Positions 21,282 through 34,550 of a DNA stretch of 64,000 nucleotides are shown in pieces (within the stretch, counting starts at the first letter, position 1; the number at the start of each line of letters is the position of its first letter). A model generated the notes under the pieces. It had not been told where the DNA came from. It did not search any database and was given only the letters and a program-made list of their open reading frames with translations. This DNA comes from Macrostomum lignano. Its lineage: Eukaryota. The stretch is from the NCBI GenBank assembly GCA_002269645.1, contig NIVC01003173.1, forward strand, positions 1 through 64,000, written 5' to 3'. The position numbers were made by a program, and so were the translations under genes.

Positions 21282-22960
21282 CTAATAAATCCTTATTTAC
21301 TTGCACGCATTTAATATGTTGCCAATTTTAAATATGTAGTAAACAGTCATAACTAATACAAGGTTTTTGAGCATATCCAAAATAGTTTAAGCGGAATTAT
21401 TAAACGGAGTTAAAAATTAGTGAGAAGCGCACTGTTAGTCAGCGATATCTACGTGTTAGCAACTTTTAAGCACGAAGCATGAAGCATGGATGTCACTATT
21501 CCGCCTAACGGCTCTTAACGTATTCTAAGAAATCTGATGATTGTAATTTAACTTTGTTCTGCGTGATTACGACCACCGATGATTCAGGGAATCATCAATG
21601 CAATGCTTTTTTGGATCTAGCATGTTTAAACTTTAAATTATCACTTTTCTGACTTTCTAAAGTTACAGAAATGATTCCTTCTAACTCTGCCTGTAGTCTT
21701 TACTAGTGGATTAGCCTACTTGCTAAATGTAATATTTTTGTAGGCCTAGGTAGGCACTAGCAATTATAAAATTGTATCAACTGCCAAAGTGATCTACAAA
21801 ATGTGTTTAACTTTAATTAATTAAACATGTACAATTAAATTTAATGAATGGAACATGGTGTCAATACAACGAAAATATAACTTAGGCCTAATTACTTAGG
21901 CCCATAAATCATAATATATAATTAATATAGAACTTTATATTTATTAATAATAATCAGCAAATCAGACATGTCTCATTAGTAATTTATACAGGCTCTATAT
22001 AACTTAGTTTTATTAATTTTAGCTTGGATACAGTAGGGCCTAGCTTGAATTGCATCTTTTTTCATCTATTTGTCTAGTTTAAACTTCCTTTTTTTCTAGG
22101 CCTACTTTTTTGGTTGTCTCTTTATTTTTAATTGTATCTTCTTTATAGGCCAAAGTTTCTTATCCTACCTTAGGCCTAAGGTTCTTTTGCTATCTCTTTT
22201 GCATTTTTATTTAAAGTTGGCATAAGGCCTATTAAAATAAATTTTAAAATTTGCCTTGGTTTGGTGATAGGATATATTATATAACCTTGGGATTGAAGTA
22301 CTTCTCCTTCTCGGGTTCTTAAAGATGTTCCTAGAAATAGAACCTGCTGCTCCTGAAGAAGCTAGATAGCACCATTGTACTACCTATCAAGTTGCCTAAA
22401 AATGAACCTAAAATGTTAGCCGTGACTTGGTAGGGTTGCTGCCAGTGCCACCTTGGTGTGTGGACTCGACGCATTGGCAGAGTTGTCTATCCGTCACCTG
22501 AAAGAAAATAACAAAGTCGCTCGGAGCAAAGGCAAATCTGAAAAATGTCTCAACAGTTGATTGTCTTAGTAGAATGCTGCTCAAACGTGAAAACCTGTAA
22601 AACCTGAAATGAGAGAGGAGAGCTCAGGGGAGGCTTCACGAGTCAGCCACGATGCTCCACGAGACGATGCAGTTTGGCTCCGTGTTACTCCATGAGACGT
22701 TGCAGTCTGGAGAAAAATGGCTCGCAGGTGCTCCATATTTATAGCCAAGCAGAACCCCAAAAGTCACGTGAGTTTCATGCAGTGAGCGCATGAAACAGGA
22801 TCTAGGATACAGGATCTAAATACAGGATCCAGTCACTACAGGATCTAGATCCTAGGATCTTATAATCCCAAGATTAGACCCAAATCCTAGGATTCTGAAT
22901 CCTAAGATTTCAATTAACCCAGTTTGCTATAATTTAATCATTCATTCTCAAGTAATAGTA

Positions 22961-24373
22961 TTTGGTTATTGAGAAAGCTCTTGCAGTTTCTAGAACCTTC
23001 TTCTAAACTAAGTTTTTGTAAATATGGAAAGACTTTAAGACAAAGTAATTCCTATCTGAATCAATCACCTGCCATTCTGGCATTTTTCAGGCAGACATAA
23101 TGGCAATGCCATCAGTAGAGGTCGGACAGGATCCCGATCCTGAAATCTTGGGATCCCAAGGAAAATTGGATTCCCCCAAGACTAGAATCCCAACCATAAA
23201 AAAACAGGAACAGGTCTTTTGATTAAAAATTTATAGAATTAGTGATTACTTGAATGTATTTTGTTTTACCTTATACTCATTACATTATTAATTTGTTGGT
23301 TACAAAACTTTGCATCAATTTTGTTGTATTCTACTTTTTTATCTTGACATTTTTAGCTCAATTTTGTTTAACTTTATATGGACCTACAAGCTATAATACA
23401 TTAAAGGACCTGATCCTGATTCCCAAATCCAAATCCCAATCCCGATCCCGATCCCGAGAAAAAATTATTCCTGATCCTGATCCTGCCTGTAGATTTCAAT
23501 CCCGTCCAACCTCTAGCCATCAGCATAGAATTTCTCAGATTTTGAGGCAAAATCCTGATAAGGAAGCCCTGCTAATTATCCAGAGCTTCCTTATCAGCAA
23601 TTTTTTTGCTTGTCAAGGCTTTGGTCAGGGCCAAGAAAAGATAGTAGTCACTAGGTGGGGATGGAGTCTGGCTTTAGACTGTGGCTCAGGGGTTGCGTCA
23701 GCATCTACCCATAATTGTCAATGCTTGATGTTCACGTATAAGCACCATTTTTCATTGCCAGTAACAATTGACTTCAGCCAATTGTGCATATGCCTATAGG
23801 AGAGAAGAGTAATGGCTGCATCTGCCCTGCATTTGCAGTCTTGGTTGGACAATTCATGGGGTACCCATTGAGTCAACTTGTGCGCTTTGCCCAGTTGATG
23901 CAAGTTAGTAGCAATTGTTTGATGGTTTACCCCAAGGACTTGCGCCAACTCATGCATGGTTTGTCGGGGGTCAGCCTCAATGAGTGTGCATAGGTGGTCA
24001 TCATCTACCTTAGAAGGATGCCCTGATCAGGGCAAGTCTTTGAGGCTAAAATCTCCTTGGTGAAAGTGAGCAAACCAATCTTGCACAATGCATTCGGACA
24101 CAGTACTAGCACCAAATGCACTGTTAGTATAGGGGCTTGATTTTGCTGCTTTGATACCAAATTTGAAGTTATAGAGTAATGTACCACAAATATAAGGTCA
24201 AGAAAGATCCATGTAGTTGGTCTGGCTTTGATAGCAGCAATCATGAAAAGTAGTCTGTCAAGATTGCACATACCCACCCTCACTATATACTGACATAGTG
24301 AGCTTTTAGAATGTTCCATAAAGTTTTGGGATCAAATTTTCTAGAAACCCCAAGAACTTTCTCAACAACCAAA
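22961..24373 (-). mobile_element. Degenerate, internally deleted mariner element
   Basis: Imperfect ~35-bp TIRs (tttggttattgagaaagctcttgcagtttctagaa / ttctagaaaccccaagaactttctcaacaaccaaa) with TA flanks. Minus-strand remnants WFAHFHQGDFSLKDLP*SG, WVPHEL and IVTGNEKW. Confidence 0.9.
23116..23515. mobile_element. Non-autonomous hAT-type element (400 bp) nested in the mariner
   Basis: 17-bp imperfect TIRs tagaggtcggacaggat / atcccgtccaacctcta; 8-bp TSD gccatcag (23108-23115; 23516-23523); subterminal gatcc(c/t) repeats. Confidence 0.9.
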
Positions 24374-24644
24374 TATCTGCAGCTGAGCTATTTGTTAGGT
24401 AAAATTATAACCTAGTTGTCCTGCTTTGATTTATTTATCTTTTTAGCATATAGGCTAGTAAAAAGACCAAGGATGCAGGGATACAAAACTAAAGCTGTTG
24501 GCAGATTATAAGGAGATTAAGTGTAATAATGTATGTTTAATTATATATATATATATGGTACTCATAGACTAATGTAATAATAATTCTGAAACTTATTGTG
24601 TTCTTTATTCTATACACAGAGCTTAAAGCAATAGAGGCCAATAC

Positions 24645-26571
24645 TAGTATTCTGCCATAGCTATGGCTGCAGGATCTTATAGCAAATATGGTAAAACAAG
24701 TGCCTATGGCAACTATAGATATGCCTATATTGTAGATAGCTGCTCTTACAACTATGGAAATATAGTTATCACATAGTTATCACATTCCATAGATTCCTAT
24801 AGCCATAGTTATTAATTTAAAAAAATATTAGAAACAGGTAAAGTAGGCTCTAAAACAAAGATAATTTGGTAAACTATATTATAGACTTAAAAACTTATAG
24901 GTTATACTAATAAAGTACAATAAAACACTAGCAAACTCTAACTTTTATCAATGTGAAAAAGTTCAGCATTAGTACTTTCAGTTGTGATTAAGTATTGTTA
25001 CTCTTTGTAAAAAAGATGAAATATAATCTTACAAAGGCAATCAAGTATTTGTTTTATTTTCTAACTTAATTTGCAGTTGTTTAAACACCAGGTTATCTTC
25101 TTGATTAAAAATATTTTGTTTCCTAGACTTTTTGTTAAAACTATGGCTATGGCTACAATTACAGAATATAAAGAATTAAAATAAGCTATATTTTTGCTTA
25201 TGGCTATGGCTATGGCCAGTGTTGGGCAAGTTACTCTGAAAAAGTAATTTCCGGTTAAGTAACTTCCAGTTCCAAGGAAAGTAACTTCTGACACTTGTTC
25301 TGGTACCGGTACTTTTTAAAAAAAGTAACTTCCGGTACTTCCGTTACCGGTCCTTTCTAATTTTAAATAACCGCCAATTAAAAAGTACTTAAACATGTCT
25401 TTGTGAGAAAAACAAAAAAAAATGTGTTGGTCTTGAGTTAAACACGATGTTATTCCTCAAATAAAGATGCTACATAATGTTTTTTGTTATTATCACATCC
25501 AAAATTTGAGTGAATATACAATACCTTTACAAAAAAGATTAGGAGTACATCAGGATGAATCACTCGCGATTCGTAGAAAAAAATTGGAGGCCAATTTTCA
25601 AATGTTGATTCTGACTCTTGAGAAGTAATTTTTGTCCAATAGATGTGTCACAATGATCAGTGTAGAATACTTAAGGCGACTTTTAGTTTGTGTGGGCCAT
25701 TCTCGTCGCCCTACTATAGATTATGCTGTAGTTTTATGGCAGCATACTTTTACAGTAGTGTAAGTACTTTTGTACTGCTGGATCATTTATAGTCAAAAAT
25801 AATATTCTAGCAGCCTTAGAAATGCCAGTTAACAATTAACAAAGAAGATGTTGAACAACAAATGGCTGGAATTTGATAGATGAACCAATGCACAAGACTT
25901 TAAAATAGCTTGAATTAATAGTGCCTTTGCGCTGCAATCAAAAAATTAAAATTAGCCTCAAAAGAGTTAAAACTCAAAACCAGCTTCTTAGAATGCATTA
26001 CTTGTGTCTTCCTGCACAAACATTGAAATGAGGAAATCGGCCTTCAAAAAATGTTCCACGAATCACGAGTGTTAATAGCATCTTGATGTACTGCTACATG
26101 TAGTTATTGCTTGTTAGAAAACTTGCAAGGAGTTGTTAAACAAGGATGTTTATTGTTTTGAATGCATCTTGTTTCCGCATTAGTAGTTGCCATTAACTAC
26201 ACGTACTTCATTCTGATTGTATATGATGCTTAAAACGTCCTTTAACTTAAAAATAAAAAACCACATGATCTATGATCATCTTTTACCTTTTATAACTGTA
26301 CTGCAAGCATTTTGGTGAAAGTTTTGTGCTTTTGGGAAATATTTAGCATTAAATTGACTGTTTGGCACCAAAAATTTCATGTTCAAGTACCGGAGGACCG
26401 GACTTATCAAAAAGTAACTTCCGTTACCGAAGTCCAGCATTCTAAAAAAAAGAACCGGAAAAAAGTGCCCCTTTAAAAAAAAGTAACTTCCGGTACTAAA
26501 AGTGCCAGAAGTGCCAGAACTTTGCCCAACACTGGCTATGGCCCATGGACCTCCCTTACAGCGGAACACTA
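24645..26571. mobile_element. Non-autonomous hAT-type element (outer of a nested pair)
   Basis: Imperfect TIRs tagtattctgc / gcggaacacta; 8-bp TSD gccaatac (24637-24644; 26572-26579); subterminal ctatgg/ccatag repeats. Confidence 0.8.
25217..26534. mobile_element. Non-autonomous hAT-type element (1318 bp) nested in the previous one
   Basis: TIRs cagtgttgggcaa / ttgcccaacactg; 8-bp TSD gctatggc (25209-25216; 26535-26542); subterminal aagtaacttccg repeats. Confidence 0.92.
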
Positions 26572-27539
26572 GCCAATACCCCATTGTTTCCTATCAAAGT
26601 GCTATAGCTTGCTAGATAAGAGTCAAATCATTGTTCATTTGAACTTTTCCTGTATCTCAAACCTAGCTAAATTAGGGGGTCTTGACCTTGCATAGATCAG
26701 AAGCCCCCTATGCAAAAGACCTTGTTCTCAGCACTGTTAGGACACCCTTTAGATGCCCAGCATAGGGTTGGTGGCAGAACTACATGTACTTTAAGCAGTC
26801 CATAACTTCAAAACTCCTTGGCTATAGTTGGGATTAGAACAGTGGGACCTTGCTATTGGACCAGAACCAAAGCTACCAATTCTCCTTCTAAGGCGGGTGC
26901 CCCTGGGAGGGAATGTCTGATCCCCTTTTACCCTGGTGTCAATACCTCAGGCTGTAGCTCTGTAAGCTATCATTCTCCTATGCAGGTGACATCACAATCA
27001 CAATCAAGTGTGATTTTCTTGTGCTTATATTGGTATATAAAAAACAAGTCTATTACACCAGCCCATATATCACACTCCAATTCAGAGCTCACTATCAATT
27101 TCTTGTTAGCAATTTTGATTTACTGTTCTACTATATTTTTAAAGCCCTTTAAAATCAGATTAGATGGCTTTGTAAACCAAAATTGCACCAACAAAGATTA
27201 TAAACTTTACTTTTTTATTTTTTTTAAACTTTCCCAAGAATCCTGGGATTTTCAAAGTCAAACTTAGGATTTTGTATTCCCTATTTGTATCTCCACTGAA
27301 TTGATTATGATTAGGCCCCTTGATAGGTTAAAAGTGGCTTAAGTTGGGACTAGAAGAGAGATACAGGAGGAAATACAAAAAGGGGAGAGAAAGGAAAGGA
27401 AATGAACGAAATAACTTAAGAAGAGATACAAATTTTATGTAAACAGGATTGCCATTTGTCAGTTTAAAGTTTCAAAATGACCCAATAGACCCCTATTTTA
27501 GAGCAATAAAATACTACAATCAATAATTCATCATTTCAG

Positions 27540-30500
27540 GCATCATCACTAATTAAAATCGGCGAAAAAGACACCTCTAAGGTTCCAGAATCAGAGCCCA
27601 TACCAGTGCTGTTTGTTGTGTACTCAAATGATGCTGTGTTAGTTGAGTACAGTGATGAGTCTACACTTCAATTGTCACCATGCGGCACTGTGTTTCAGTT
27701 TGAATTGCCGCCGCATGAAGTTTCTCTGCTTGGTAAGCTTTTTATCGATTACTTTAGTAATGTATTTATAATTTAGTTGTATATCGAAGATGCTGAATTT
27801 TGCGGTGAGATCCCTGAGAGTTGCAGAAGTCATATATCATCTTTATTGTTTTTCAGACACCTCGGGTAGCCGAACAATTCAACAGAAATCGGAATTTGCT
27901 ACTAGTAGATTTCACGGCAAAGTGGCCGAAGCGCTGCATCTCCGCAACATGTTTGCTTGGCAACCCTGCCTGCTGCCGTCACTGATGCGTCACGGAGTTG
28001 AATGGGCCAGCAACTATGATGATGAGTTGTTTGATAGCAGCCACTTTTATTGGCCATCCGATCCAAGCGATTGGCAACTAGGAAGGTCAACTAGGTAAGC
28101 ATTTTGCTGACTGACTGACTGACTGACTGACTGACTGACTGACTGACTGACTGACTGACTGACTGACTGACTGACTGACTGACTTAATTGAGTGGGTGGC
28201 TGACTGACTGACAGTCTTGAGTGAGTGGCTGACTGACTGACTGACTTGAGTGAGTGGCTGACTGACTGACTGACTTGAGTGGGTTTCTGACTGACTGACA
28301 GTCTGGCTGACATACAAAACGATACGACATAAATTTTTTGGTTTCTTTATTACTTAAAATAATGCAGTTCTTCTTTACTTACTACTATAAGTAAAGAAAG
28401 TAGTGGATGGGTAGAAATGTAAATTATTTTTTATTTAAAAATAATGGAATAAACTTGCCAAAATCAACAGATTTTCCTCAATAGACGGGCGCGCCTTTCT
28501 TACGGTGTCAGCCAATGGGCGAGAAATTTGCGCAGAATTTTCCACCAGACTTTTAACTGCCCCTGAAGAGCAGGAGGGCCGATTTCGTACCACTTGGCTG
28601 AAGCTGTCGCTCATGCCGGGAGAAGATCTTCCGGATTGTTGGATTGTGAGAGAGTTGATTTTTTGTGAGGTATTGGCGCCTCCCCTAGCACCCAGACTGG
28701 CGCCTCCCCTAGCACCCAGACTGGCGCCTCCCCTAGCACCCAGACTGGCGCCTCTCCCAGCACCCAGATTGGCGCCTCTCCCAGCACCCAGATTGGCGCC
28801 TCCCCTAGCACCCAGATTGGCGCCTCTCCCAGCACCCAAATTGGCACCTCTTCCAGCACCCAGATTGGCGCCTGATTGGCGCCTCCCCTAGCACACAGAT
28901 TGGCGCCTCCCCTAGTACCTGGATTGGCGCCTCTCCCAGCACCCAGATTGGCGCCTCTCCTAGCACCCAGATTGGCGCCTCCCCTAGTACCTGGATTGGC
29001 GCCTCTCCTAGCACCCAGATTAGCGCCTCCCCTAGCACCCAGATTAGCGCCTCACCTAGCACCCAGATTGGCGCCTCACCTAGCACCCGGATTGGCGCCT
29101 CTCCTAGCACCCAGATTGGCGCCTCCCCTAGCACCCAGATTAGCGCCTCACCTAGCACCCAGATTGGCGCCTCACCTAGCACCCGGATTGGCGCCTCCCC
29201 TAGCACCCAGATTGGCGCCTCACCTAGCACCCAGATTGGCGCCTTTTCCAGCACCCAGATTGGCGCCTGATTGGCGCCTCCCCTAGCACCTAGATTGGCG
29301 CCTCCCCTAGTACCTGGATTGGCGCCTCTCCCAGCACCCAGATTGGCGCCTCTCCTAGCACCCAGATTGGCGCCTTTCCTAGTACCTGGATTGGCGCCTC
29401 TCCTAGCACCCAGATTGGCGCCTCCCCTAGTACCTGGATTGGCGCCTCTCCCAGCACCCAGATTGGCGCCTCCCCTAGCACCCAGATTAGCGCCTCACCT
29501 AGCACCCAGATTGGCGCCTCACCTAGCACCCGGATTGGCGCCTCCCCCAGCACCCAGATTGGCGCCTCACCTAATACCCAGATTGGCGCCTCACCTAGCA
29601 CCCAGATTGGCGCCTTTTCCAGCACCCAGATTGGCGCCTGATTGGCGCCTCCCCTAGCACCTAGATTGGCGCCTCCCCTAGTACCTGGATTGGCGCCTCT
29701 CCAGCACCCAGATTGGCGCCTCTCCTAGCACCCAGATTGGCGCCTCCCCTAGTACCTGGATTGGCGCCTCTCCTAGCACCCAGATTGGCGCCTCCCCTAG
29801 TAACTGGATTGGCGCCTCCCCTAGCACCTGAATTGGCGCCCCTCCCAGCACCTAGATTGGCGCCTCCCCTAGTACCTGGATTGGCGCCTCCTCTAGTACC
29901 TGGATTGGCGCCTCTCCCAGCACCCAGATTGGCGCCTCTCCTAGCAACCAGATTGGCGCCTCCCCTAGCACCCAGATTGGCGCCTCCCCCAGCACCCAGA
30001 TTGGCGCCTCTCCTAGCAACCAGATTGGCGCCTCCCCTAGCACTTGGATTGGCGCCTCCCCAGCACCCAGATTGGCGCCTCACCTAGCACCCGGATTGGC
30101 GCCTCACCTAGCACCCGGATTGGCGCCCCCTAGCACCCTAGATTGGATACCCTCATACGTACATTTAATAATACATTTTTCTTAACATTGGCGCCCCCAG
30201 ATTGGCCCCTAGACTAAAAGTTTGAGTTTCATTTTCTCAGTCAACCAATCAATTTCAGGTTCCTGTCGGTTTGGCTCTTGGCCAACCGTTTGACGGCGCA
30301 ACAACGCCGGAAAAGTTTGGTCGATTGGTTCAAATAAACCACATAGGACATTGGCCTGATTTGGGAGTTAGGTAGGTAAAGTTAAATGCTTTCTCTACTA
30401 TTACTTTTTCTTCTATTTGTTCGAGTTCAGTGAATATCCTATCTGAGTTGACATGTCCGAATTTCTGAATTGGTAGATCCGGATCTCTGAATTAGTGAAA

Positions 30501-33500
30501 CCGTATCTCTGAATTGGTGAATCCGTATCTCTGAATTGGTGAATCTGTGTCTCTGAATTGGTGAATCCGTATCTCTGAATTGGTGAATCTGTATCTCTGA
30601 ATTGGTGAATCCGAATCTCTGAATAAGTGAATCTGTATTTCTGAATTGGCGAATCTGTATCTCTGAATTGGCGAATCTGTATCTCTGAATTGGTGAATCT
30701 GTATCTCTGAATTGGTGAATCCGTATCTCTGAATTGGTGAATCTGTATCTCTGAATTGGTGAATCTGTATCTCTGAATTGGTGAATCTGTATCTCTGAAT
30801 TGGTGAATCTGTATCTCTGAATTGGTGAATCTGTATCTCTGAATTGGTGAATCTGTATTTCTGAATCAGTGAATCTGTATCTCTGAATTGGTGAATCTGT
30901 ATCTCTGAATTGGTAAAACCGTATCTCTGAATTAGTGAAACCGTATCTCTGAATTGGTGAATCTGTATCTCTGAATTGGTAAAACCGTATCTCTGAATTA
31001 GTGAATCTGTATCTCTGAATCAGTGAATCCGTGTCTCTGAATTGGTGAATCCGTATCTCTGAATTGGTGAATCTGTATCTCTGAATTGGTGAATCCGAAT
31101 CTCTGAATAAGTGAATCTGTATTTCTGAATTGGCGAATCTGTATCTCTGAATTGGTGAATCTGTATCTCTGAATTGGTGAATCCGTATCTCTGAATTGGT
31201 GAATCTGTATCTCTGAATTGGTGAATCTGTATCTCTGAATTGGTGAATCTGTATCTCTGAATTGGTAAAACCGTATCTCTGAATTAGTGAAACCGTATCT
31301 CTGAATTGGTGAATCTGTATCTCTGAATCAGTGAATCCGTGTCTCTGAATTGGTGAATCTGTATCTCTGAATTGGTGAATCCGAATCTCTGAATTAGTGA
31401 ATCTGTATTTCTGAATTGGCGAATCTGTATCTCTGAATTGGTGAATCCGTATCTCTGAATTGGTGAATCTGTATCTCTGAATTGGTGAATCTGTATTTCT
31501 GAATCAGTGAATCCGTGTCTCTGAATTGGTGAATCTGTATCTCTGAATTGGTGAATCCGTATCTCTGAATTGGTGAATCTGTATTTCTGAATCAGTGAAT
31601 CCGTGTCTCTGAATTGGTGAATCTGTGTCTCTGAATTGGTGAATCGCATTATTTGAGTTCGCTGATTTCACAATCCTAAATGGTAAGTCATCACACCTAT
31701 GCATACATATTGGTTAATAAATTATCACACAGAGGCCAGTCCGGGTCGCGGTGGGCGGTGGCCACTCCCCGTACTCAGCCAGTGCCCCGCCGCTGTCGTC
31801 AGCCACATCTGCACGAGTTCGGTTTCGGCGCATCCTCAGCTCCAACTCCACCTTCGGGCCTTCAATGGCTGTCTGCGGCGGCGCCTGAGCTGAAATCCAT
31901 ACGCATCGTCTGCCGAGATGGCGTCGTGTACAGGTGATTTGCAAGCGAGCCTACTGTTAGTAGTGTAAACAGATCTGCAAGTTGAATTGGATAAATTTGT
32001 GAAATATCTATTATGCTTGTTCTTCCTGACGGCCTGGAAGATTCGAGAATTGTCCAGGTGGGGTTTTCTGCGATTCACGCCCATAAAGGCCAATCTTCAT
32101 GTTTCGCCCAATCTCCATCATCAGACTCGCTAGACGCAGCAGCGGCAGTGGCGCTGCCTCGCCAGCAGTTCTGGTGCAACCTGGCGACAAATCCGTTTTG
32201 ATTTCTCGCGACCTACGCGGCGCTTATTTTGAACGCTTAGCTGGCGACGGGTCGCAGAGCTGGTGCCGTACTGCGGATCTGGTCTGTCGGGGCGGCGGAG
32301 GCAGCAGCGACCAGTATCTGGCTCGGACTGTTGAGAGAGCTGCTGCTCTGTGCTCACTGCTGGCCATCGAAGCTGAGCAGTCTCAGTTGTCAGTTCCGGC
32401 TCAGTGCTGTTGGAATATCGATCAAGACGATCGAGATGTTGACGTAAGTTAGCTTTTTTTAATATCAATTTTATTGCGTAGTTGCTTTTTGAGAAGTGTG
32501 CTTTTAAGTAGGAATTCCCATCGTGTATTCAAGCAGGAATTCTCATCGTGTATTCAAGTGGGAATCCCCATCGTGTGTTTAAGCGGGAATCCCCATCCTG
32601 TATTCGAGTGGGAATTCTCATCGTGTATTCAAGGGGGAATCCTCATCTTGTGTTCAAGGGGGAATTCCCATCGTGTATTCAAGGGGGAATCCCCATCTTT
32701 TATTCAAGTGGGAATCCCCACCGTGTATTTAAGTGAGAACCCCCATCTTGTGTTTAAGTGGGAATCCCCAGCGTGTGTTCAAGCGGGAATTCCCATCGTG
32801 TGTTTAAGCGGGATTTCTCATCGTGTGTTCAAGCGGGAATCCCATCGTGTGTTTAAGCGGGAATTCCCATCGTGTGTTCAAGCGGGAATCCTCGTCTTGT
32901 GTTCAAGGGGAATTCCCATCGTGTATTCAAGGGGGAATCCCCATCTTTTATTCAAGTGGAAATCCCCACCGTATGTTCAAGTGGGAATCCCCATCTTGTG
33001 TTCAAGAGGGAATTCCCATTGCGTGTTAAGTGGGAATCCTCATTTTGCGTTTTTAATTGGGAATTCCCACTGTGTATTCAAGCGGGAATCCCCATCGTGT
33101 GTTCAAGGGAGAAATCCCCATCGTGTGTTCAAGGGAGAAATCCCCATCGTGTGTTCAAGGGAGAAATTTCCATCTTGTGTTCAAGCGGGAATCCCCATCG
33201 TGTATTTAAGTGGTAATTCCCATCGTGTGTTCAAGTGGGAATCCCCATCGTGTGTTCAAGGGAGAAATCCCCATCGTGTGTTCAAGTGGGAATCCCATCG
33301 TGTGTTCAAGGGAGAAATCCCCACCGTGTGTTCAAGCGGGAATCCCCATCGTGTGTTCAAGGGAGAAATCCCCACCGTGTGTTCAAGCGGGAATCCCCAT
33401 CGTGTGTTCAAGGGAGAAATCCCCATCGTGTGTTCAAGCGGGAATCCCCATCATGTGTTCAAGGGAGAAATCCCCATCGTGTGTTCAAGCGGGAATCCCC

Positions 33501-34168
33501 ATCGTGTGTTCAAGCGGGAATCCCCATCGTGTGTTCAAGCGGGAATCCCCATCGTGTGTTCAAGCGGGAATCCCCATCGTGTATTTAAGTGGTAATTCCC
33601 ATCGTGTGTTCAAGCGGTAATCCCCATAATGTATACATAGTACATGACGCATTTATCTCTCCAGCCAACAGAGTCTGACGTGAAGCCAGCTGTGGGTCTC
33701 GACTGCCGCCAAGTGCCTGGCGTCGGTCGATTCTCTGTCAACGTCAACGGGCGCGCACGAATCGTATTCGACGATCGAGTCCAGCTAGACTACGCCATCC
33801 AGCTGAGGCCGGAGCTTCTCCCAGCCGCCTGTAGCCGAGTTGCATTGGCGCCTCCTATCGACCTGCCGCCGATGGGCTTTGCTCGTCTGCTCGCTCGAGA
33901 CGGTAGCGAATTGACGTTGAACCTGTCGGAACCGCCGTCGATCTACAGCAAATATGCTCGAGCGGCTGTGGAGTGGTCCATGTGGTTGAACAGCTCAGAT
34001 CGGGGCAGATTCTACGAAGTCGAATTTGGACCGTCGCCTGAGGAGGCTCGCTTTGAGTTGGAGAAAATTCGGAATGCTCTGCGCGATGATGGACCACCGG
34101 CGGGTGGTGTGCCGGATGTTGAGGCTGCTCTGCGTAAGACCAGGCGCTTCCTTGGCGAGGATGTCTGA
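27540..34168 (+). CDS. C5orf34: C5orf34 ortholog (DUF4524/DUF4520), at least 7 exons, about 580 aa; start exon not identified
   Basis: Exons 27540-27732, 27857-28094, 28471-28645, 30259-30371, 31733-31933, 32125-32443 and 33665-34168 splice in frame with GT-AG. Motifs ESTLQLSPCG, SIDGRAFL, WIVPVGLAL, CRQPHLH, DGVVYR, CCW, VGRFS, ELEKI and ALRKT are colinear with human C5orf34 as recalled (STLQLSPCG, SLDGHAYL, WKYPLSLAL, CPVPHLH, KGVTYR, CCW, VGRFL, ELEKI, ALKKT). Confidence 0.88.
28107..28310. repeat. (GACT)n microsatellite in C5orf34 intron 2
   Basis: Direct. Confidence 0.95.
28673..30150. repeat. 24-bp minisatellite (attggcgcctcccctagcacccag)n in intron 3
   Basis: Direct; source of the LAPPLAPR / LGEAPIWV pseudo-ORFs. 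Confidence 0.97.
30465..31646. repeat. 22-bp minisatellite (gaattggtgaatctgtatctct)n in intron 4
   Basis: Direct. Confidence 0.97.
32510..33627. repeat. ~25-bp minisatellite (caagcgggaatccccatcgtgtgtt)n in intron 6
   Basis: Direct; units contain gggaatcccc or gggaattccc. Confidence 0.95.
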
Positions 34169-34204
34169 CTTTTTATAGTGAGACAATTTTTCGGGATATA
34201 AGCT

Positions 34205-34550
34205 GGGCCTGTGAGATTTTGTGATTTTAGGGTGAGATATTCGTGCCTAAGGGTGAGAATTTACTGATTTAGGGCGAGATTTTAACAATTTTAGGGTTAG
34301 ATTTTGATTCTAGGGTGAGATTGTTATCTCAGGGTGAGACTGTGATTCTAGGTCGAGATTTTAATTATAGGATGAGATTGTGGTTCTATAGTGAGATTGT
34401 GATTTTAGGGTGAGATTGTGATTCTATAGTGAGATTGTGATTCTAGGGTGAGCTTGTGATTCGAGGGTGAGATTGTGATTCTAGGGTGAGATTTTGATTC
34501 TAGGCTGAGATTATAATTTCAGGGTAAGATTGTGGTTTTAGGGTGAGATT
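34205..34550. repeat. Degenerate ~19-bp minisatellite (gggtgagattgtgattcta)n
   Basis: Direct. Confidence 0.85.

Noticed and set aside
28435-33620. LAPPLAPR, LGEAPIW, IHQFRDTDS and SSGNPHRVFK repeat proteins
   Set aside because: Translations of intronic minisatellites; the real gene is spliced around them.
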